A stretch of DNA of 62,866 nucleotides, the filler included, from Vannella sp. (taxonomy: Eukaryota), in the NCBI GenBank assembly GCA_023345925.1. It is 6 parts of 6 records of this genome, joined end to end, with 100 filler letters (N's around TTAATTAATTAA, not from the genome) between each part and the next. Parts side by side here need not be neighbours in the genome. Positions count along the whole stretch, not along the records: positions 45,849 to 56,930 come from JAJQQN010000133.1; positions 57,031 to 62,866 come from JAJQQN010001281.1; 4 more parts are not named here. One strand, given 5' to 3'. This document shows positions 55,118 to 62,866 of this stretch, piece by piece. The position numbers and the translations under genes were made by a program. The notes beneath the pieces are model-generated. The model saw only the letters and a list, made by a program, of their open reading frames with translations, was not told the origin of the DNA and did no database searches. The number at the start of each line of letters is the position of its first letter. The stretch's first letter is position 1.

Positions 55118-56930
55118 ATGGCGGATTTGCTCCTCCGTGTTCGCTTGCCAGGGGCTAAGGAAGCTGAGACGGTGACATTGCGGGGAGACCTGACAGCAAA
55201 TGAAGCGATTGGTGTCATCGCCACGCAGCTGGGTGTTGGCAATCTGACACAACGCCACCTCGTCGTGGCGCCCACTGCTCGGAAGAGTGGAGCGGTCGTC
55301 CCTCCTTCTATGCGGCTCTCGCAGATCCAATTCGACCCTTCGAAAGACATCCTGGAGGTGTGGAAGACACCCGTCATGGTCTCTATTTGCATCTACTTTA
55401 AGGAAGGTGCTGCAGAGAATGCCCGAGACAGAAAGACTATCGCACTGGACGCGGGTGCTGCTCCTTTGCGCATGATCCCTACACTCCAACGCGCATTGGA
55501 TTTGCCTGACCAGGAGTTCTCTCTGCAGCACGCAGAGCGCTTGGACAATGACGGACGCGCCACGAACTCCCGATGGCTCCATTGCTCCACTCCTTTGGAG
55601 GACCAAGGTGTAGACTTGAGCCAAGGCCATCTCATGTGCTATCCTCTTAGCAAAATCACAAAGGTAAGCCTTCACCCAGAGCCAGAGAGAGAGAGCTAAC
55701 CCTCCTGCAGTTGGGGGAGCAGCAATTGATCTCCACCCTCCGTGGCTTCATGTGGAAGCGTTCTGTCAAGGGAGGACGTATAAGTAGCAAACAGAGAAGG
55801 TACATTGTGCTCCATGAGGCCTTCCTTCATTACTACAAGAAGGAACGCGACACTGCTGCCGCGGGAGTGATCCCTCTGGACTACTACGTGGTCACAAGGA
55901 AGATACAACCGAAGAAGAAGAAGTTCGCAATCCTCTTGACGCTCTCAAACGACTCTTGGCCGAGCCTCGCAACCATGTACAAGCTTCAAGTCGATTCCGC
56001 TGAGGCATTAGAGACGTGGGTCGAGGCTATTAAGCGCCGCTGTATCAACGCAGGCAATCAGCGAGTGTTCGGCATTGACATCAAAGAGCTGACATCGCGC
56101 CCGTCGAATGGACACCCGCATGTCCCTTCCGTCGTCAAGGATTGCGTCAGCTACGTCCACGAGCACGCTTTACAGAGCGAAGGAATCTTCAGGCTCAGTG
56201 CCAACACGTCCACCGTTGAGTTCTACAAAGAGCAATACGATTTAGGCCAAACCGTAGACTTTTCAGACTCCCAGGACGTGAACGTGCCTGCTGCTCTTCT
56301 CAAAACTTATCTTAGAGAGCTGCCTGAGCCTCTCTTTACGTACGGCCTCTATTCACAGTTTGAAGCTGCTGGAGCAGCGCCAGAGTCAGAGCAATTGACC
56401 AAATTAAGCGCCGTTTTCGCGGAACTGCCGGAAGAGAATTATGTCACCAGCAAATTCCTCTTCCAGTTCCTGACTATCGTTGCCTCTCATCAAGAGCACA
56501 GTAAGATGGGCCCTGCGAACTTGGCCACCGTGTTTGGACCAAATTTACTTTCCTCTCCCGAAAACTCGGTCGCCTCTTTCGCCCTTGTGAATCAGATTGT
56601 AGAAAACATCATTCTGCACCAAGTGGAGATATTCGAAGGGGCAGAAAAGCTCAATTCCTCGTTGAAGGCGCTCCGCATCCCGCCCATTGGTGGTAAGGGG
56701 AGTGGGTGGTCCAGCGGCAATTCATCCCATTCGGGACAAAATCGACCATCGGCAGCTTTTGGAAGCGCCCGAGTAGTATCTCAGGACAATCCGGCAAGAC
56801 CTCCCGGTCCTGGAGCGCCACCACGAGGTCGCCCCCCATCGCAAGGTGTGGCACGCGGTGGACCTCCTGGAGTTGGAATGGCTCGAGGAGGAATCGGATC
56901 TGTCGCCGCTGCTGCTGCTGCCGGTCGAGG
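55118..56930 (+). CDS. Ubl-like N-terminus + PH + RhoGAP protein with Pro/Gly-rich tail; 3'-truncated
   Basis: PH GFMWKRS...RRYIVL...WVEAI. RhoGAP VFG, EGIFRLS, LLKTYLRELPEPL and KMGPANLATVFGPNLL. Confidence 0.92.
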
Positions 56931-57030
56931 NNNNNNNNNNNNNNNNNNNNNNNNNNNNNNNNNNNNNNNNNNNNTTAATTAATTAANNNNNNNNNNNNNN
57001 NNNNNNNNNNNNNNNNNNNNNNNNNNNNNN
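56931..57030. other. Artificial contig linker
   Basis: N44-TTAATTAATTAA-N44. Confidence 0.98.
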
Positions 57031-57360
57031 GAGAAGCTGGCAAGAACAGAGCGCGCATGGACGTGCCAAGCACTTCACCAACATCAGTTTGGGGTCAAGA
57101 ACTGTTGTACGGGATGACATCTTTGCTCTTTGGGTTTATTCAATCAGATGTAACTCTCAGGCCAAGGTCCAGCCCTTCAGTTCTTGGGAGCTGTCGCCTG
57201 ATCATCTTCCGGAACGTCGAGAGGAGAAAGCGCTTGTTGCCCACTCTGGCCGGGGTGAAAAGATAAGCAGGCAAGGAAAGCTGGTTGCACGGTCGAGCCG
57301 ACTGCATCCAAGATTTGATCAACTTAGCCATAACCATCCCTGGTCCTGACACTGCTGAAA

Positions 57361-57710
57361 TGGAGGCCAGTCACTTGACACAAGAGAATTGACACACGAG
57401 CAAGAAACCTCCAACGCAGAAACAGTCCGCACGGTGTTGTGGACAGGACCACCGGTCGCTCCATTTGCCAGAGATGATTCTTGTTTGGTTGGCCCCTTTC
57501 TTCGTCCTATCTGGCTATAAAGCTGCTTCCCATAGCCATTAAAGGGATTTGGTGAGAAGTCACGAACCGCGAGGGCGAAGAAGAGCTTTGCCTTCCTCGA
57601 GTAAAAGTACACTCGTGTGTCCTTAGGCCAATGGCACCTCCACCTTGTGTAGCAGTAGAAGCCTACACAAGTCTTCGAGAAGGGCGTCTCCCCCACCTGG
57701 AGGTGGGGTT
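57361..57710. ncRNA. Candidate structured non-coding RNA or element (unidentified)
   Basis: Dense perfect inverted repeats (10, 9, 8, 7, 7 and 6 bp) in a region with no recognisable protein. Shares a 21/23-nt core with the dispersed element. Confidence 0.4.
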
Positions 57711-57967
57711 TGTTCTCCGCGTCATTGTCGGTGTCGCGTCACTCGACTTAGCTAGAAAAGGCTAACTGCATCGTGAATCTCTCTCTCAGGTCTGTACTTG
57801 GCCTTGGAGGGAGAGATCAAGCTTCGGGCAGAGGATGGACTTGATCTAACTCGGTGTATTGGAGGCCTCACTCACTGTTAGCTAGAGAGGAGTGAATGAG
57901 CCAGAGTGCGCGATTCTGATACGTATTAGCTGCCCTCCTTTCGCCCCGTCCGCTCTTGGAGGGCGCA

Positions 57968-58643
57968 ATGTTCCGTCCTTTGGTGTTTGGCTTGGCTCGG
58001 GGGCTGGGAAGGAGCAACAGGAGTGGATGGATGGTTGCTTTTGAGAGAGCGAAGCAGCCAGAGTCATTCTTTACCTGCTCGCCGGTCCGGAACATGCAAC
58101 GAGTGCGTGTCGAGTCTCCCGATGCTCCGGCTGCTGTTGGCGCGTACAGCCAAGCTATCATTGCCAATGGCTTTGTTTTCTGCTCAGGTGCGCTTGGCTT
58201 TGACCCTAAGGTGTGCTGTTCTCGCTTGGGAGGAGGAGAGAGCGCTGACGGGGACCAAGACGATGGAGTTTGTCAAGGAAGAGGGCGAGAATGGCCGTAT
58301 CCGTGGAGAGACTCGCCAGTGCATTAAGAACTTGGAGTGTGTGCTTAAGGAGGCTGGTTCTAGCCTTGCTAAGGTCGTGAAAGTGACCATTCTTCTCGAT
58401 AACATTGACGTGAGCCTCTCTTCTCTGCCATAGCTTCCTGCTTACCTCATTCCCAGGACTTTGCTATTGTTGATGGGATCTACCGGGAGTGTACGTAACC
58501 CAGTTGGCTTTACCGTTGCTACTGACTCCCCAGCAGACTTCCTCCTCCCCGAGAATGCTCCTCCTCCCGCTCGCGCTTGCTTTGCCGTAGACAAGCTTCC
58601 CAAGGGCGGTGTTATCGAGATTGAGTGCGTAGCTATCCTCTAA
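57968..58643 (+). CDS. RIDA: RidA/YjgF/UK114 reactive-intermediate deaminase with mitochondrial presequence; multi-exon
   Basis: APAAVGAYSQAI, FVFCSG, VVKVTILL and PARACFAVDKLPKGGVIEIECVA. Confidence 0.93.
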
Positions 58644-58704
58644 ACTCATGTGGGAGCGCTGCACGACCATAAACAGGCGCATTTCCCCATTCTTTGCTCT
58701 CCTG

Positions 58705-60684
58705 ATGGCGACAACTTCGTCTCCGAGTGGGAGGCTGGTGGAAGGCCCTTCTGCGAGTAGCTCTACAAGAGGTCAAGCCATGGTAACATCTCTTTTAGAG
58801 CTGGAGACTGACGAGGGCTTGTACGAGGCGCTAGACCACTTGGGAGACTTCTACTCTCCACAAAACGACGAACAAGCTCGCTCTCGTCTACTGGGAGACA
58901 TAGAACGTCGCTCACTGCAGTCTCATCGCAAGTTCTTGCAGAACTTTGAGCAGATCTACACTCAGCTTGCCCAAGTGGAGTCCTCCGTGAGCACAATGAG
59001 GCAAACATGCGATAACATGGAAGCTCGCCTCAACCAGACCAACTCCAGCGCTTCCCGTGTCATCACACGTACTCAACAACTTCATGCGGAGAGGGACAGA
59101 GCCCGGGGCAAGCAGATCCTCGCCAGAGCTTACCTGGAGAAGTTCCAGCTGACAGAGCGTGAGCGTGGGCTCCTTACTGGCCCGCTGGAAGCTACTGGGC
59201 TTTCAGTAGACTTCTTCTCTGCTCTTAAGCGAGTACAAGAGATCAACAGCAATGCCAAGGAGCTTCTAAGGGAGCAACATCCGAACGCGGAGATCGCCAT
59301 CAAGGATGCACTCTCCCTCACGCAGCAGGCGGCGTATGATAAGCTGTTCCGTTGGATACAACAGCAGTTCCCTTTGTTCTATGCTCCCTCTCCTGATGTC
59401 ACGCAGGAGATGTCGCTTGGGATGGAAGCCATCAAAGAACGTCCCGTTCTACTCCAACACTGCCTCGATGGCATCATCAAAGTACGCAATAGTGCTGTCT
59501 TTGATGCCTTCATGAACGCATTACAACGTGGAGGGCCAAACGGCGTCCCTAAACCGATAGAAGTCCATGCTCACGATCCCTACCGGTTTGTTGGGGACAT
59601 GTTGGGCTGTGTCCATCAGCTACTGGCCTCTGAGGTGGAGCTACTTGGTGCTCTCGTTTCAGATCACACTCCAGAGGAGAAGCAGAGGACAGAGCGGATC
59701 CTCAGCCGGACATTGGAAGGAGTTTGTCAGCCTTTGAAGGTGCGGGTGGAGCAGGTCTTGCTCTCTAAGCCTGGTGTTGTCACTGTCTTTAGATTAGCTA
59801 ACCTCCTCGACTTCTACGCCAGAACAATGGGCAAAGCGCTTTCCTGGGACTCCCCATTGATCGCCGAAGTTCTGAACGAATGCAAGCGCAGGGCAATGGA
59901 GGAGCTTTTCCTCTCTCTTACAGAGCAATCAGAACAGATGTTGAACTCTCCACCTAACCCACCAGCGAGCCTGTCCCCTCCGTCTACAGTCCACCAGATA
60001 TTGAACAATCTGATGGAGATCATGGCCGTCTTTGACTCCTCTCTTGTCCCCCAAGAGCAAAGAGAGAAGGAGTTCACTCCTATTCTACTTGCCGTGTTAG
60101 AACCGCTCCTCAAGTCATGTACATTGTCAGCCACAGTACTTTCCAATGAGTCTGACATGGCTGTCTTCATGATTAACTGTCTGGGGCTCATTCAGAACTC
60201 TCTTGCAGGGTTCAGCTTCTCTTTAGCACGTGGAGAAGAACTCCGTGAGCAGATAGATGCCCATATGGACACTCTAATCACAGAGGAATCCCGCGGGATG
60301 TTGCATAAATGCAAGCTTGGCAGTAAGCTGGAGATCTTCCAGGACTGGGAACGAGAGCCTACGTCTTCCCGTCAACCTCTTTCCTACGTGACTGAGATGG
60401 ATACTCGCCAACTGAGCCAAGCCATGAGATCTTTTGAAGAGTGCCTTCTAGATATCTCGACAATGACCATGCCTCAATGCGAACGCCTGTTTTCCTCTCG
60501 TCTGAAGACCCAAGCGAGGAGTAAGGTCTTCTTAATGATTATTGGGGCCTACACAAGTCTCTTTCAAGCGGTCATTAACCCAAGCAATAAGTACGAGTCC
60601 CCTTCTTTGGTAGTCCCTTATCAGCCGGAACAGCTCCGGACCATGTTGTTGGCATCCCAAGAGGATGCTTCATCCACAGAGTAG
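58705..60684 (+). CDS. COG6: Conserved oligomeric Golgi complex subunit 6
   Basis: LLGDIERR, AYDKLFRW, RGGPNGVPKPIEVHAHDPYRFVGDML, PLKVRVEQV, LANLLDFY and VFMINC. Confidence 0.95.
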   Translation: MATTSSPSGRLVEGPSASSSTRGQAMVTSLLELETDEGLYEALDHLGDFYSPQNDEQARSRLLGDIERRSLQSHRKFLQNFEQIYTQLAQVESSVSTMRQTCDNMEARLNQTNSSASRVITRTQQLHAERDRARGKQILARAYLEKFQLTERERGLLTGPLEATGLSVDFFSALKRVQEINSNAKELLREQHPNAEIAIKDALSLTQQAAYDKLFRWIQQQFPLFYAPSPDVTQEMSLGMEAIKERPVLLQHCLDGIIKVRNSAVFDAFMNALQRGGPNGVPKPIEVHAHDPYRFVGDMLGCVHQLLASEVELLGALVSDHTPEEKQRTERILSRTLEGVCQPLKVRVEQVLLSKPGVVTVFRLANLLDFYARTMGKALSWDSPLIAEVLNECKRRAMEELFLSLTEQSEQMLNSPPNPPASLSPPSTVHQILNNLMEIMAVFDSSLVPQEQREKEFTPILLAVLEPLLKSCTLSATVLSNESDMAVFMINCLGLIQNSLAGFSFSLARGEELREQIDAHMDTLITEESRGMLHKCKLGSKLEIFQDWEREPTSSRQPLSYVTEMDTRQLSQAMRSFEECLLDISTMTMPQCERLFSSRLKTQARSKVFLMIIGAYTSLFQAVINPSNKYESPSLVVPYQPEQLRTMLLASQEDASSTE

Positions 60685-60812
60685 TATGAAAAAGATTTCA
60701 GTCCTTTCCCACTGCTCTTTTTGCCCCCAATCATGATGGGAAGTGGAGGTGTCTTGTGGCTCAAGGCATAATAGTATTCTACACAAAAGATAACGTACAA
60801 ATGGGAGGCTGT

Positions 60813-62766
60813 TCAGAAGCGAGACTGGGCAAGCTGGGAGTCCCGCTTTCGGACTTTTTTGGGAGAACGGGTTCCATCACCAACAACAAAGGAATTGCCC
60901 CTTCTCTTCTTGCCAGAAGCAGATTGGCCCAACGAGCTGGGATCTGGAGAGCCCAAGTCACACCAATTGTGCTCTTCAGTGAAGAACGGATGGTGAAGGG
61001 CCTCCATTGGTGCGATGCGAGTGGATGGGTTAACGGAGAGCATGCGAGTCACTAAATCAAAGAATCGGGCATAGTTTTCGGGAGCGTGTCCAGGCGAACT
61101 GATCCTGCACGCAATTTGTTACTATTTGATATCCACTGGCGAGCTATCCACTCACCATTGTACCGCTGCACTGGAAGAGACCACTTCGTTTAGAGAGAGA
61201 GGATCTTCTTCACCCTATAGAGAAGGCGTTTAGCAAGTCACCAACCAAGAACCAAGAACGTACCAGTTGTGGTAAGACCTGGTAGGAGCCATCTGGCAGT
61301 AACTCAAAGTATTTTTGAGTGTTGGAGCTCTCTAGAAGCATGCTCAAAGGAGGAATGCCTGTAAATTGAGTGATTAATCTCATTTGGTCCGGACTGTCAG
61401 CTCCAGGGAACAGGGGAATCCCGGAATGTAACTCCATCAGAATGCACCCAATGCTCCACATATCAATGGACTGGTCATAGTCAAGCCCAAGGAGGATCTC
61501 AGGAGCTCTGTAGAAGCGTGATTGAATGTACGTGAAGATCTGCTCACTTCGGCGACAAGAACTCCCAAAATCGATTATCTTCACCCCGCTCCGGTTGGGG
61601 TCTCGAAGGAGAATGTTTTCCGGCTTAAGGTCACTATGGATGATGTCCACTCCTGCAGGAGAGAGAAAGTGAAGCGAGTTGAGGAGTTGGTAGGAGATCT
61701 TTCGGATGAGATTGAGTGAAAGGCTCTTTGACTTCTTAATAAGATCGTAAAGGTTGAAAGAGAGGAGCTCGAACACTAAGCACAAGTGTTTGCGATGCTC
61801 AAAGTGGTCTGTCATCCTCACTGGAAGCTATTGAGCGACGCGCACAGAGAAAGAAGGGGAGAATCGCCTACCCATCCCGTATTCGTCGTTCTCGTCGTCT
61901 TCATTGACCTCTAATAGAAGATCTATCTCCTTCTTGGCTTGCTGTGTGTAGGTGGAGTGGCTCTTGATGACCTTTAACGCAACAGGGATGTTATCTACGA
62001 GGTCCATGCACTTGACAACCTTTCCAGCCCTCTCAGATGAGACCAATGGATAGCAGTTGATAGGAGAGACGCACCTGACCAAACGTGCCCTTCCCCAGAG
62101 CAGATAGAACGCGATAGCGCGCGTTGAAGAGCTCCCCATAGCGAATTTTGTACTCAAAGTGCTCGTTATCGTAGCGTAGGTCAGGTACTTCTTGAGAAGA
62201 GTGTAAGGGCCTTGACTTTTGCTACATCCCATGCGAAGTTAGTCGTGCCAGTAGCGAGAGGAGGACAACCGGAGGCACTCTCTGACCTGGATAGTGGTGT
62301 ACACTTGAAGGAGATTCATGGTAAGGGAAACAAGAGGCGCTGCGTTGCGGGGGCGTAGTGTTGCTGTTGGAGAGCGGACAGAGTCAGGGGAGAAGGCGGG
62401 GTTCTCTCGAGGTGACGACGGAGTGGACAATGAGAACTCTTCACAGAGCAGAGCCGCTACCGAGCACTTCTGCCGGACATGTATCGTGTTAGGCGAAGGT
62501 ACTTCGACTGATCGTGATCGAACACCCTGCGTAGCGCCCTCCCCAACGCCTTCTTGCCCTGCTATCCGGTTAAGAACGACTTTGTGGTTGACGTAGCGCT
62601 GTTGAGGTGGAGAGAGGAACAAAGGCGTCTCTGATAACAGAGAGCTTTGTATAGAAGGAAGCAAAGGAGACTGCCGCAGGTCAGAAGAGCTGGAACATGA
62701 AGGCGAAAAAGCCGCCTCAACAGGCGGCCCTAACGGCTCTGTTAAACTGTTCCTATGCTTCGTCAT
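60813..62766 (-). CDS. DYRK1: DYRK1/minibrain-like dual-specificity kinase; multi-exon
   Basis: APLVSLTMNLLQVY, DH box DNEHFEY, LGKGTFGQVVK, HLCLVFELLSFNLYD, IIHSDLKPENILL, IDFGSSC, YIQSRFYRAPE and PGH...Y.RFFDL. Confidence 0.92.
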
Positions 62767-62866
62767 TGACTGCCCATCGACCTGTTGACTGTATGGAAGA
62801 ACCAGTGTCGCCAGGACAGAGCAAAAATGACACCAGAAGGGAGGCAGGCTCGGTGTGCCGGAGCAG

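Overview
This is eukaryotic genomic DNA made of six unrelated contigs (1-15031, 15132-20665, 20766-30215, 30316-45748, 45849-56930, 57031-62866). They are joined by artificial 100-nt N44-TTAATTAATTAA-N44 linkers, so adjacency across a linker means nothing. The genome is very compact: standard code, short GT-AG introns of about 40-75 nt, and intergenic gaps often under 100 nt. Gene content suggests a free-living protist, probably an amoebozoan; this is inference, not a phylogenetic placement. About 33 protein genes are recognisable, including RhoGEF, RhoGAP, Arf, RABGGTB, S1P lyase, SIRT4, FCF1, CWC22, COG6, a GAF-PDE, a PIWI-clade Argonaute, a PTP, DYRK1, TTBK and RidA. The most notable signals are: (1) a ~1500-aa nucleotidyltransferase-ankyrin protein bracketed by diverged ~95-bp direct repeats; (2) a dispersed structured non-coding element with two 91%-identical copies and a third diverged core inside a hairpin-dense 57.35-57.71 kb region; (3) a TCATTT initiator-like motif just upstream of about half the genes, forming 40-60-nt bidirectional promoters; (4) a 45-bp inverted copy of an intron that brackets the GPS/TM exon of a single-pass GAIN protein; (5) unusual architectures, namely a stand-alone MYCBP2-type RING-Cys-relay ligase, a TTBK-BC-box-LRR fusion, a motorless myosin-VII tail, a pseudo-DEAD-box helicase and a USP15-Ubl chimera. 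All splice models and base pairings were read by eye; no database searches were run.
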